From assembly GCF_000186885.1 (NCBI RefSeq), contig NC_014972.1, forward strand, positions 570,001 to 602,000: DNA of 32,000 nt. The letters run 5' to 3'. The notes below the pieces were generated by a model that saw nothing but the letters and a program-made list of their open reading frames with translations, had not been told where the DNA came from and did not search any database. Positions 1 through 8,809 of this stretch are shown here, one piece after another. The translations under genes and the position numbers were made by a program. Position 1 is the first letter of the stretch; every line of letters starts with the position of its first letter. Origin of the DNA: Desulfobulbus propionicus DSM 2032. Its GTDB lineage: Bacteria > Desulfobacterota > Desulfobulbia > Desulfobulbales > Desulfobulbaceae.

Positions 1-513
1 CACCAGTTTAAGTGGCTGGATCCGGGATGGGGCAATATAACGGAGCAGGTGGTCGACATACGGTTCGAGGATGGACAGGCTGCTTTGCTTGCCCCGTTGT
101 ACCGGGGCTGAAAAGGCGTTCTCTTCAGCCAGTCGTTGGATTTCCTTGAGGCCGGTATCGCCGCTGATGGGGCGAGCCCCACCACGGACCAGTTTCATGC
201 CGTTATAGTCGATAGGGTTGTGGCTGGCGGTTATTTCGATTCCTCCATCCACATCGAGATAAAAGGCGGCAAAATACACCTCCTCCGTGCCGACGAGGCC
301 TATATCGATCACATCGGTCCCGGCATCGAGCAACCCCTCGGTCACGACGGCCTTGAGCGCCTCGCTGCTCAGGCGAACGTCACTCCCGACAACCACCCGA
401 CGGGCGCACAGGTGTTCCCCAAACGCCCGGCCAATGCGACGGGCGATGTCCTCGTTCAGCTCGGAACCGAGTTTGCCTCGAATGTCATAAGCCTTGAAAC
501 AGGAAAGAGTCAT
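1..513 (-). CDS. manB: Phosphomannomutase/phosphoglucomutase, N-terminal part (gene runs off the left window edge)
   Basis: Minus-strand reading from ATG at 513 gives [32 protein letters not shown]...[11 protein letters not shown]...[18 protein letters not shown]; the FKAYDIRG start and TASHNP active-site motif are typical of the alpha-D-phosphohexomutase family. Its ATG overlaps the manC stop (ATGA). Confidence 0.93.
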   Translation of the reverse strand, partial: MTLSCFKAYDIRGKLGSELNEDIARRIGRAFGEHLCARRVVVGSDVRLSSEALKAVVTEGLLDAGTDVIDIGLVGTEEVYFAAFYLDVDGGIEITASHNPIDYNGMKLVRGGARPISGDTGLKEIQRLAEENAFSAPVQRGKQSSLSILEPYVDHLLRYIAPSRIQPLKLV

Positions 514-1946
514 TGGCATCGTCCGTACTTGTCACTCAGGCGGACGATGTCGTCTTCACCGAGATACTCGCCGCTCTGGACTTCAATCATGACCAGATTA
601 AGAATACCTGGATTTTCAAGCCGATGCGAACAGCCGGCTGGAATGTAGGTAGATTCATTGGCACCGACCAGCAGTTCCTGATCACCATTGGTTACCTTTG
701 CCATGCCGTTGACGACAATCCAGTGTTCGCTGCGATGGTGGTGCATCTGCAGGCTGAGACTAGCACCCGGCTTGACCTCGATTCGTTTGATCTTGAACCG
801 TGGCCCCTCCTCGAGGACAGTGTAGCTCCCCCAAGGACGAAAAACGGTCCGGTGCAGTTTGTAGGCGTCGTGGTTCTGTTTTTTTAGCAGGGTAACCACT
901 TTTTTCACGTCCTGCGCCTTGTCCGGGGGAACGATCAGGAGAGCGTCGGCCGTATCGACAATGATTAAGTCGTCGACCCCGACCGTAGCGATCAGGCGTT
1001 CTTCGCTTTGCGCAAAGATATTGTGGCTGTCGACAAAGAGGCATTCACCGATCCCGCGGTTGTTGTCGGCATCAGCTTTTATCAGCTGGCTGACCGCGCT
1101 CCAGGAACCGATGTCGCTCCAGCCAATGTCGGCCGGCAAGACGGCAATGTTCGCTGAGCGTTCCAGTAAGGCATAATCCACCGAGATGTCGGGGAACTGT
1201 TCGAAATGTTTGGCAGGGATCTCAAGCATGTTCGCATCGGCTTTTGTGGTGTGTCGCAGCTCTTGCCAACAGGCTTGGGCAGTTTGGAAAATGTCCGGCG
1301 CATGCAGGGCAAATTCGTTGAGCACAGTACCCGCTAAAAAACAAAACATTCCGGAATTCCAATAAAAATTTCCAGACGAGACGTATTTTTGCGCGGTTTC
1401 TACATCAGGTTTTTCCACAAAACGTAGAACGGACCTGCCCGGTGGAATGTTCGGACCGGCTTCAATGTATCCAAATCCTGTTTCCGGCATGGAGGGGACG
1501 ATGCCGAAGGTTACCAGGCGTCCTTGTCGGGCTAAAATTTCAGCATTTTGCACTGCCTCGGCAAAGGCTTCTTGCCGTTGAACCAAGTGGTCAGCGGGCA
1601 GGACCAAGAGGCAAGCATCGCGATCAAATTGCTCAGCAACCATGAATGCGGACATAATGATCGCTGCGGCCGTATTGCGACCAAAAGGCTCCAGCAGAAA
1701 GGTGTTGCGACATTCAACGTCACCCACCCGCGCCTTGGTTAATTCGTCCTTGCTCATGAAAAAATAGTCGCGATTTGTGGCTGTCAGAATCTGCCCACCC
1801 TGGGCGACTGCCGCGGCACGCAGGTAGGTCTTTAGGAGCAGGCTTTGCCCATCGGTCAACTGCATAAAAGGTTTGGGGTGCCCTTGGCGGGAAACCGGCC
1901 AAAGGCGTGTTCCTGCACCACCGGAAAGAATTAGGGGAATGAGCAT
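510..1946 (-). CDS. manC: Mannose-1-phosphate guanylyltransferase / mannose-6-phosphate isomerase (bifunctional)
   Basis: [30 protein letters not shown]... nucleotidyltransferase signature and C-terminal PMI-type cupin ([46 protein letters not shown]). The track ORF extends to 2096, but MLIP at 1946 is the natural start. Confidence 0.95.
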   Translation of the reverse strand: MLIPLILSGGAGTRLWPVSRQGHPKPFMQLTDGQSLLLKTYLRAAAVAQGGQILTATNRDYFFMSKDELTKARVGDVECRNTFLLEPFGRNTAAAIIMSAFMVAEQFDRDACLLVLPADHLVQRQEAFAEAVQNAEILARQGRLVTFGIVPSMPETGFGYIEAGPNIPPGRSVLRFVEKPDVETAQKYVSSGNFYWNSGMFCFLAGTVLNEFALHAPDIFQTAQACWQELRHTTKADANMLEIPAKHFEQFPDISVDYALLERSANIAVLPADIGWSDIGSWSAVSQLIKADADNNRGIGECLFVDSHNIFAQSEERLIATVGVDDLIIVDTADALLIVPPDKAQDVKKVVTLLKKQNHDAYKLHRTVFRPWGSYTVLEEGPRFKIKRIEVKPGASLSLQMHHHRSEHWIVVNGMAKVTNGDQELLVGANESTYIPAGCSHRLENPGILNLVMIEVQSGEYLGEDDIVRLSDKYGRCQ

Positions 1947-2117
1947 AGGGAGAGAGCCTGTCGTTTTCGGTTTATTGGTTTTCGATTGTGCAACACCGGA
2001 TAGTGGTCCGGTCGCCGGATAGACCCTCGGGTATGGATAAGTCTTGAAGGGGCGAATGATATTGCGGTTAGAGTCAAATGTTGTTGATACTACCAAAGAG
2101 ACAGCTTGGCTTCAAGC

Positions 2118-3522
2118 TCAAGTTTCTGACTTGCTCCAACTTGCTGTTATTAGGTTTGTAACGTGGGTCAATCTCTTTCCTGTTTGCAGCATATCAACGG
2201 CAAAGCCCATGACTGCATCAACAATGGCAAGCACTGCATCTTCGGCGATGATGCCGGCAGCCCTGACTTTGCTCAAGGCCAGATTGAGCAGCCGCTGCAT
2301 GGCCTCAACCAGACTCAGGTCCTGCTGCTCTTCGCTGCAAGTGTAAAAGAGCGAGCCAAGGGTGCGGGGATCGTCATGACAGCGTTGCTCGAAAGCCAGG
2401 AAGACATAGCGACTCATGACAATGGTGATATGGCCGATGATGCCGTCAAAATCCCGCAGTTGGGTCTCCCGTTCGAGGTTGAGGTAGTGCATCATCTTGA
2501 AGAACACCTCGATATCCCACCGTTTGCCGTAGATGCGGACAATTTCTTCGTCGGCGAGGTCAATCTTGGTCGAGAGGATGGCCAACCATTGGCGTTTGTG
2601 GCTGTGGCGGACAAAAACGATTTTGACCTTCCGCTCCTTTTTGGTTTCCACCACCACGCTGGCCAGAATCCTGGCCTTGCCCCGCCGCTTTTTCAGCTTG
2701 GCGAAGAGCCGCCCCAGCCTCAACCATTATTGCCCTTGATGGCGGTAAAAGACCTTCGGCATGTCCTTGCCCATGCAGATCACCGGCAGATGTTTGCCCA
2801 AGGTGGCAAGCAGGGCTGGGAAGGCAAACCAACTGTCCATCAGGATGGTAGTCGGCCCGGATGCCCAACGTCAACACCCGCTTTACCATGGTTTCCAGAT
2901 GCTCGGTGGATTTGGTCATGGCCTCCACTCTGCGTTTGTAGCCGCAGTACCGCTTGTCCATCTCTTTCTTGATCCCCTGCAATCGCTTGCTTGCCTCGGA
3001 GGCGGAACAGAGAATGAAATCAAGCGGCAGGAAACTTACTCCATCCGACCAGCCCAGGGTCATGAGCTTGAACCCTTTCAAGCTGCGGTTGGCGTTGTGG
3101 TCATGCACCCAGGCGAGCAATTCGACCACTTTGGAGCGGGACCGGTCATAGGTGCTGTCATCGATGATCAGCACCTTCTCACGTTGCTCGCTGGTCAGTA
3201 CGTCCATGAACCGAACCACCACGGTTACCAATCCCAGCAGAAATTTCCGCCAGTTATACCGAGGATTCTTCAAGAACTCGTAGGCGGCATCCTTGCGGAA
3301 TTCCAACTCCGGGTTGTTCACGATCCCGCGAGAGAAATTGACCCCGCTAAACGGCAAGGAGAAGATGGCGGCGAACACCGCCAGCGGTTTTACCCCTCGC
3401 AATTTGCGGATGCCGCTGCCACCCAGCAGGGTGCCAACCCTGAAATCCTCCAGAAAGGAGGAAATCCGGTTTTGCAGTCGTTTTGCCTCTTGTTGCTCCA
3501 GGTAGTATTGGGTATGGTTCAT
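2118..3522 (-). pseudogene. IS4-like DDE transposase, disrupted by a frameshift and a premature stop
   Basis: N-terminal ORF (3522 downward, MNHTQYYLEQQEAKRLQNRISSFLEDFRVG...VLIIDDSTYDRSRSKVVELLAWVHDH) and C-terminal ORF 2118..2723 (...YGKRWDIEVFFKMMHYLNLERETQLRDFDGI...) lie in different frames. Dropping one base near 2847 restores DYILMDSWFAFPALLATLGKHLPVICMGKDMPKVFYRHQGQ, followed by an in-frame TAA at 2727-2729 before ..WLRLGRLF. Confidence 0.8.
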
Positions 3523-3734
3523 CTGAGCCTTTTCTTTTTGATATCATTAGGTATTTTCGCAAATCCAACATATCAGAATGCAAAAGGCTTTTCACATTAA
3601 AATGACATTATTTCAGGAGGTTGGCCGTCGATTTTTCTTGGCCACGCCAACCCCGAAACTTGAGAACAAGGAAAGAGCTCGTTTTTTTTGCAGTGTTTCG
3701 GAAAGATGCTGTTTACACAGGGGAATCTTGAAAT

Positions 3735-4025
3735 TTAGCTTAGCAAGCCCCGGCACCATTCAGCGGCAATTTTATTCACAAAGACCATGCTCTTCTGGCT
3801 TTTAATCCGATCGGTTTTGCACCTTGGCGGTGCCTCGCTCTGTGCTCGATGGCGGTCTTTTGCCAGTTTGCCGCACTCCGGGCACACTTCACCTGCTTGC
3901 AGCCAGAAGCATCCCCATTCGGTCAATGTTGTACACCAGGTTGCGCAAGCCGATCTTAGAATGGACAATCTTGCCGTTTGCAGTAAGGACTCCGAAGGAG
4001 CCGTATTGTCTTTTTGAGAGAGCAT
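3735..4025 (-). pseudogene. Degraded transposase remnant (C-terminal tail-like fragment)
   Basis: Minus-strand fragments read ...KTASGAVGKPDALSKRQYGSFGVLTANGKIVHSKIGLRNLVYNIDRMGMLLAAS. The 'GLRNLVYNIDRM' tail resembles the C-terminal end of some IS5/IS1182-type transposases. No intact ORF. Confidence 0.3.
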
Positions 4026-4063
4026 CGGGTTTGCCGACGGCGCCCGAAGCCGTTTTGTCTTCC

Positions 4064-4957
4064 TCAGTTCTCTGGCCGCTTCCAGTTTCCGGTCCCGCTC
4101 TTTTGAAAAATTTCCTGCTCCCTGCCACTGAGCTTGTCCACTGGAGCCACGTAGCCAATGGCGCTATGCAGCCGGACGTTGTTGTAGTGGGCAATGAACT
4201 TCTCCACCATCCTCCGGGCATCGTCAAGGGAAAGCGGTACGCCGGGGCGAATGCACTCTCCCTTGATGGTGGCATGAAATCGCTCCAACTTGCCGTTGGA
4301 CTGCGGATAGTACGGTGATGTCCGCACGTGCGTCATGCCGGAGAGCCGGATGAATTCCTTGAAATCCTTGGCAATGAATTGCGGGCCGTTATCGGAGATG
4401 ATCCGAGGCCGGGCTTCGGGGTATTTCTCCTTGGCCCGTTGGACAATGATCTCCACATCCTGCTCCGTCATCTGCTCCCGGATCTCCCAATGAACGATGA
4501 AACGGCTGCAGCCGTCGAGCAGGCTGCATAGATAATAAAAGGTGCCGCAGATATTGAGATGTGACACATCGATATGCCAATGTTCATGAGGACGAAGCGG
4601 TTGCACGAAGCCATTTCCCTTGGCGCTGTTTTTTCGGTTCCACTTCTTGAGCAAACCGGCCTTGGCCAAGACTCGCCAGGTACTACTCGGACTGACGGCA
4701 ACAATGTCCCGATCAAGCATCATGAACGTCAACCGCCGATACCCTTCCAGGGGATGATCGAGCGCAAACCGGATGATGGCCTCCTGCTCCCAGGACTCCA
4801 GCCAGAAGTCACGAGGGATTAGACCGTTATGTTCGTTTGCCTTGCCGTAACGGCCAATCCAGGCGTAAAATTTACTCCGCGCCACGCCAAGCCAGACGAT
4901 GAGCCTGTTGGTGGGTATTTCTGCTTTTGCACTCCACCGGCGACTGAAATCAACCAC
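4064..4957 (-). CDS. IS3-family transposase OrfB (rve/DDE integrase domain)
   Basis: 297 aa with HWHIDVSHLNICGTFYYLCSLLDGCSRFIVHWEI, ISDNGPQFIAKDFKEFI and SPYYPQSNGKLERFHATIKGE: DD(35)E integrase signatures. The reading frame is open upstream to the frameshift site at 5011-5017. Confidence 0.93.
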   Translation of the reverse strand: MVDFSRRWSAKAEIPTNRLIVWLGVARSKFYAWIGRYGKANEHNGLIPRDFWLESWEQEAIIRFALDHPLEGYRRLTFMMLDRDIVAVSPSSTWRVLAKAGLLKKWNRKNSAKGNGFVQPLRPHEHWHIDVSHLNICGTFYYLCSLLDGCSRFIVHWEIREQMTEQDVEIIVQRAKEKYPEARPRIISDNGPQFIAKDFKEFIRLSGMTHVRTSPYYPQSNGKLERFHATIKGECIRPGVPLSLDDARRMVEKFIAHYNNVRLHSAIGYVAPVDKLSGREQEIFQKSGTGNWKRPEN

Positions 4958-4992
4958 GGCATCGCGGGTGTCATGGGGAACCCAACCGCCAT

Positions 4993-5301
4993 TCAGAGCT
5001 CCCCAAGTTCTTTTTTTAACTGGATATGCTCCTCCAGCAGTTCCGAAAGCACTTCATGTTTCCGGCGCAATTTCTCCTCAAGCTCACGAATGCGCTTCTC
5101 CTCCGCCTGCTGTTTGCTCTTTCCTTCACGGGCAAACGCTGAAGCCCCTTTTTCAAAGAACTGCTTCTGCCAATCGTAAAAAATCTTCGGCTGCAATTGG
5201 TATTCGTCGCACAAATCCGAAACCGCCTCTCGGCCAACCAAGTGCCGTTTCAGGATAAAGACCTTCTCTTCAGGGCTGTAGTTGTGACGCTTCTTTCGCA
5301 T
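4993..5301 (-). CDS. IS3-family transposase OrfA (HTH_Tnp_1 type)
   Basis: MRKKRHNYSPEEKVFILKRHLVGREAVSDLCDEYQLQPKIFYDWQKQFFEKGASAF...: helix-turn-helix plus leucine-zipper-like tail. GGAGGG Shine-Dalgarno sits upstream of ATG at 5301; the track ORF starts at 5319. Confidence 0.88.
   Translation of the reverse strand: MRKKRHNYSPEEKVFILKRHLVGREAVSDLCDEYQLQPKIFYDWQKQFFEKGASAFAREGKSKQQAEEKRIRELEEKLRRKHEVLSELLEEHIQLKKELGEL
5011..5017 (-). promoter_or_regulatory. Candidate programmed -1 frameshift slippery site (A7) joining OrfA and OrfB
   Basis: Minus strand reads CAG TTA AAA AAA GAA CTT. A -1 shift here gives ...QLKK|RTWGALNGGWVPHDTRDAVVDFSRRW..., open and continuous into OrfB. Arrangement is typical of IS3-family elements. 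Confidence 0.75.
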
Positions 5302-5356
5302 GGACTTCCCTCCGTTCATGATGGTTTATCATAAACGGCAGGATTGTCCTATTCCT

Positions 5357-5728
5357 GTTGAACCAAGACACTACGCCGTGCTGGTTGGAGACCTTGCCAT
5401 CCGAGTGCGCGAGCTTGTCCGCCAAACTTGTGAACGGTACGAGATTCAGATTTTGCGAGGAGTGGTCAGCAAGGATCATATCCACATTTTGGTGTCAGCA
5501 CCTCCTGACATATCGCCATCCACCATCATGAGATGGGTGAAGGGACGAACATCGCGGAAAATATTCGAAGAATTTCCGCATGTGAAAAAGCGGTATTGGG
5601 GCCAGCATTTTTGGGCACGGGGCTATTTCTGTGCCACAGCCGGCGAATTGACGAAAGAAATGATTCAGGAGTATCTTTCGCATCATTTTGAGCCCAAACC
5701 TCATGACGGCTTCGATGTCGAGCCATGA
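5357..5728 (+). pseudogene. IS200/IS605-family TnpA (Y1/HUH transposase), 5'-truncated
   Basis: Recognisable from YAVLVGDLAIRVRELVRQTC... through GVVSKDHIHILVSAPPDISPSTIMRWVKGRTSRKIFEEFPHVKKRYWGQHFWARGYFCATAGELTKEMIQEYLSHH. HIH and the Tyr region are present, but the expected N-terminal YHFVWCPKYR-like segment is replaced by unrelated sequence. Left boundary approximate. Confidence 0.8.
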
Positions 5729-5781
5729 ACCGGCTGCGCAGCCTGCCGGTATTGCTGGACTTTCAGTCCGCGATTCCGAAC

Positions 5782-5802
5782 CCACCGACTTCAAGTCGGT
5801 GG
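5782..5802 (+). repeat. Perfect hairpin, probable right-end structure of the IS200/IS605-like element
   Basis: CCACCGAC-TTCAA-GTCGGTGG: 8-bp perfect stem and 5-nt loop, about 50 bp downstream of the tnpA stop and followed by TTGTTTAGTTTCAA. Confidence 0.72.
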
Positions 5803-5940
5803 TTGTTTAGTTTCAATATTCCCTGAATCAGTGAAAAACGATCAGTAACCAGGACTATATTTTTCAATTAACACATTGATATTTAATTATAAATATTGCA
5901 ATATCCGCCTGTCCAGAAAACTCACTCGACAGGTGAAAAC

Positions 5941-7269
5941 ATGAAGCGATTGATCCTCGAACAGAGCAGCGACGAATTCTACACCAGCCACTCCGGGTTG
6001 GCCCTGGCTGGCGCCTGCATCAACCGGTACAGCGACCTTGGCCGTTCTGTCGGCAGGGTGGCCAAGGGGAGCGATCACATTGCCGAGATCGACATCCTTC
6101 GCAGCTATCTCGGCCTGCTTTGTCTGGGCAAAAGCGATTATCAGGCCATTGCCGCCATGCGTGAAGACGACTATTTCAAGCAGTCCCTGGGGATCGGCCG
6201 GATGCCCTCGGTCGAGCGGTTGCGGCAGCGATTGGATGAGGCCGGAACCAACCTTGTTCCGGTCATCCATCGAAGTTCGCGAATCATGCTCAAGCGGCTC
6301 AAGGCCCCAGTCACCGGCTACCGGAACGGTCTGGTCCCCCTGGATGTGGATGTCTTCCCTCAGGATAACTCCAACACCAAGAAGGAAGGCGTCAGCCGCA
6401 CCTACAAGAACTACGATGGTTATGCACCCATCGCCGCCTATCTCGGCAAGGAGGGTTGGTGCCTGGAGGTGGAACTCCGGCCGGGAAGTCAGCATAGCCA
6501 GAATGGGTTTGTCGACTTTCTCAACCGGGTGATTGCCGGCGCCAAGGAGCTGAGCGAGCAGCCGCTGCTGGTTCGCGCAGACGCGGGCAACGATGCTCTC
6601 GAGACCCTGGTCGCCCTGGAAAACGTTGAGAAGACCCACTACATCGTCAAATGGAATCCCCGGAAAAGTGACACCATCGCCTGGCGCGATAAAGTGTTTG
6701 CCGAGGGGCCGGTGAAGACGCCCCGGCCAGGGAAGCGGGTCGGCACCATGGTCGTCGAGGAACGTAAAGAGATCGACGAAACACCCTATACCTTCAAGCG
6801 AATCGTCCGGGTGACCGAGCGGACCATCGATAAAAACGGTCAGTTTCTCCTCACTCCGGATATTGCCCTTGAGGGCTGGTGGACCAACCTTGCGATGGTG
6901 CCAGAAGATGTGATCGAGCTCTATCGGCAGCATGCGACGTCGGAGCAGTTCCATAGCGAGTTCAAGACCGATCTGGATTTCGAACGGCTGCCCAGCGGCA
7001 AGTTTGCCACCAACGCCCTGGTGATGGCTTTGGGCGCCTTTGCCTACAACATCCTCCGCTTTATCGGGCAAACGGGTCTGATCGCCCCCTTTGGACCGGT
7101 AAGGCATTCGGCCAAACGCAGACGGCTGAGAACCGTGATCCAAGAGTTGATGTATCTGGCCGGACGGCTCATCACCACCGGTCGGCGATTGAAGTTGCGT
7201 TTCAGCCGGCATTGTCCGGCGTTCACCGCTTTCAGCGTTGTGTATTCGCGGCTTATTCCGGCCAGCTAA
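5941..7269 (+). CDS. IS1380-family transposase (copy A)
   Basis: MKRLILEQSSDEFYTSHSGLALAGACINRYSDLGRSVGR...VPLDVDVFPQDNSNTKKEGVSRTYKNYDGYAPIAAYLG...LVRADAGNDALETL...; homologous by eye to the 8810..10138 ORF. Confidence 0.92.
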   Translation: MKRLILEQSSDEFYTSHSGLALAGACINRYSDLGRSVGRVAKGSDHIAEIDILRSYLGLLCLGKSDYQAIAAMREDDYFKQSLGIGRMPSVERLRQRLDEAGTNLVPVIHRSSRIMLKRLKAPVTGYRNGLVPLDVDVFPQDNSNTKKEGVSRTYKNYDGYAPIAAYLGKEGWCLEVELRPGSQHSQNGFVDFLNRVIAGAKELSEQPLLVRADAGNDALETLVALENVEKTHYIVKWNPRKSDTIAWRDKVFAEGPVKTPRPGKRVGTMVVEERKEIDETPYTFKRIVRVTERTIDKNGQFLLTPDIALEGWWTNLAMVPEDVIELYRQHATSEQFHSEFKTDLDFERLPSGKFATNALVMALGAFAYNILRFIGQTGLIAPFGPVRHSAKRRRLRTVIQELMYLAGRLITTGRRLKLRFSRHCPAFTAFSVVYSRLIPAS

Positions 7270-7391
7270 GCAAGATTTGCTGGTCAATCAGCACGATACA
7301 CGGCAACCGTGCCTTCGCTTCACCCAATAACGATTTTTTCAAGGATCAAGACGCCAAAATGACCGTAGCGTTCGGTTGATAAGCAACAGCA

Positions 7392-7408
7392 TCAGCCCAC
7401 AAGGCTGA
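7392..7408 (+). repeat. 3'-end hairpin within IS1380 copy A
   Basis: TCAGCC-CACAA-GGCTGA. The equivalent hairpin is conserved in copy B (8674-8692). Confidence 0.6.
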
Positions 7409-7472
7409 CAATCGCCCCCGACAGACCTGAAAGAGGAAATCCGGTCGAGGGCGTCACGGATTCAGGTATTCC

Positions 7473-8519
7473 CTAAATTTGCTTTTTAATTTTTATCCTT
7501 ATGTGTTGAATTGGTTCATCTATATACCTGATGAACAGAAATGAAAAAAATAATACAAAGATAACGGATAATATAAAGATGAAGAGACCTTCTTGTCTGT
7601 ATTTGTTAAAATTTGATTGCTGTAACATTAAAAAAGAAACAATTAAACCGCATTGCCAATGGAGAATATAAATAGGGTACGAATAGTTTCCTATAATTTT
7701 ATCTATATATTTATTTATATTAAATATTTTTTCTCCTATTGATAAGCTATAAACAATGAGAGAACATATTATTAAATTTAAATAAAATCCTGTTTCTATC
7801 CAGTATCCAGTATAATTTCTTTTAATGTATGACCAAAAAGAAACATTTAATAACATTAATAAAAATAAAAATATTGGTTGTATTTTTATTGAATAATAAA
7901 TTTGAGTAAAAAAAGTATTCTTTGATATAAAATAAATTGCTGACCCAATTGAAAATGGTAATGAGGCAGCTGCTATTGTAAAATATCGAGTCTGCCATGG
8001 CCATCCAACAATGAAACTATAAAATACATATATAATTGAAACGAAAATCCATGTATATATTCTGTATATATTCTTTGAAATTCCAATGCAAATTAAAATG
8101 TAGAAAAATATTTCAATGGTAAGTGCCCAAGTCGGAGGAACAAGTCTTGGATTCATGCTACCTTCAATTGTTGGATGAAATAGAATTAAAAAATTGAAAA
8201 GAGCTTCTTTTGTTGAGCTTGGCATAAACATGCTTCCATGAAATTTTTTTACAAACTCAGGGCCAAGAATTAATATTAAAATAATTGAAATCAATGCAGC
8301 CGCCAAATATTGAGGATATAATCTTAAAATTCTATTTATAGCAAAAGAAAATCGTCCAGAGCTTGTGTATCCATATGTTTCATGCATAATTAACGTCATT
8401 AAATATCCACTAATAATGTAAAAACCGAATACAGGATAAGTTCCTAGAGGCAGGAACCCTAAAAACAAATGATGTACCATTACCATTACAGCAAGTGTTG
8501 TGCGATACAAACCAAACAT
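7473..8519 (-). CDS. Acyltransferase-3 family membrane protein (candidate polysaccharide O-acyltransferase)
   Basis: MFGLYRTTLAVMVMVHHLF...GTYPVFGFYIISGYLMTLIM...INRILRLYPQYLAAALISI...; multiple TM segments, start of OafA/Acyl_transf_3 type. Strongly AT-rich compared with flanks. Track ORF starts at 8555; ATG at 8519 fits the family start better. Confidence 0.88.
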   Translation of the reverse strand: MFGLYRTTLAVMVMVHHLFLGFLPLGTYPVFGFYIISGYLMTLIMHETYGYTSSGRFSFAINRILRLYPQYLAAALISIILILILGPEFVKKFHGSMFMPSSTKEALFNFLILFHPTIEGSMNPRLVPPTWALTIEIFFYILICIGISKNIYRIYTWIFVSIIYVFYSFIVGWPWQTRYFTIAAASLPFSIGSAIYFISKNTFFTQIYYSIKIQPIFLFLLMLLNVSFWSYIKRNYTGYWIETGFYLNLIICSLIVYSLSIGEKIFNINKYIDKIIGNYSYPIYILHWQCGLIVSFLMLQQSNFNKYRQEGLFIFILSVIFVLFFSFLFIRYIDEPIQHIRIKIKKQI

Positions 8520-8552
8520 TTCATTTTCTCTCTTGTTAACTGGTACATAAAT

Positions 8553-8569
8553 CACCGAATATTTCGGTG
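8553..8569. repeat. Palindrome upstream of the acyltransferase gene
   Basis: CACCGAA-TAT-TTCGGTG, 7-bp perfect arms with a 3-nt centre, 34 nt upstream of the ATG at 8519. Confidence 0.5.
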
Positions 8570-8673
8570 TATTTGATGATGGGGATGGCGGAAGAAACTC
8601 TTTGCCTTGTCCTTATCCTGAATCCGTGACGCCCTCGACCGGACCTCCTCGTTTGGGTCAGGCAGGGGCGATT

Positions 8674-8692
8674 GTCAGCCTTGCGGGCTGAC
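8674..8692 (-). repeat. 3'-end hairpin within IS1380 copy B
   Basis: GTCAGCC-TTGCG-GGCTGAC, 7-bp perfect stem. Counterpart of the copy A hairpin at 7392-7408. Confidence 0.6.
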
Positions 8693-8809
8693 ACTGTGCT
8701 TGTCCACCGAACGCTACGGTTAATCTGGCGACTTTTTCATTGAAAAATCCGCATCTGCGCGAAACGAGGACAGGGGTATCCTGTATCACTCTGACTTTTT
8801 ATTGTTTTC

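Larger units (their letters stand above)
5822..7466 (+). mobile_element. IS1380-family insertion sequence, copy A
   Basis: Left end CCTGAATCAGTGAAAAA, right end ...GGCGTCACGGATTCAGG (reverse complement CCTGAATCCGTGACGCC), flanked on both sides by TATTC (5817-5821 and 7467-7471). Encodes a full-length transposase. Confidence 0.88.

Noticed and set aside
136-648. 170-aa plus-strand ORF at the left edge
   Set aside because: Antisense to manB/manC, which have canonical motifs in the minus frame.
2560-3522. Possible programmed frameshift joining the two IS4-like ORFs
   Set aside because: No slippery heptamer at the frame change, and the restored frame is also interrupted by TAA at 2727-2729, so pseudogenisation is the better explanation.
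5887-7287. Long open frame on both strands of IS1380 copy A (466 aa plus-strand ORF in the alternative frame), with similar ones in copy B
   Set aside because: Shadow ORFs caused by GC-rich codon bias. The 5941-7269 product is recognisable as an IS1380 transposase and the alternative frame has no motif.
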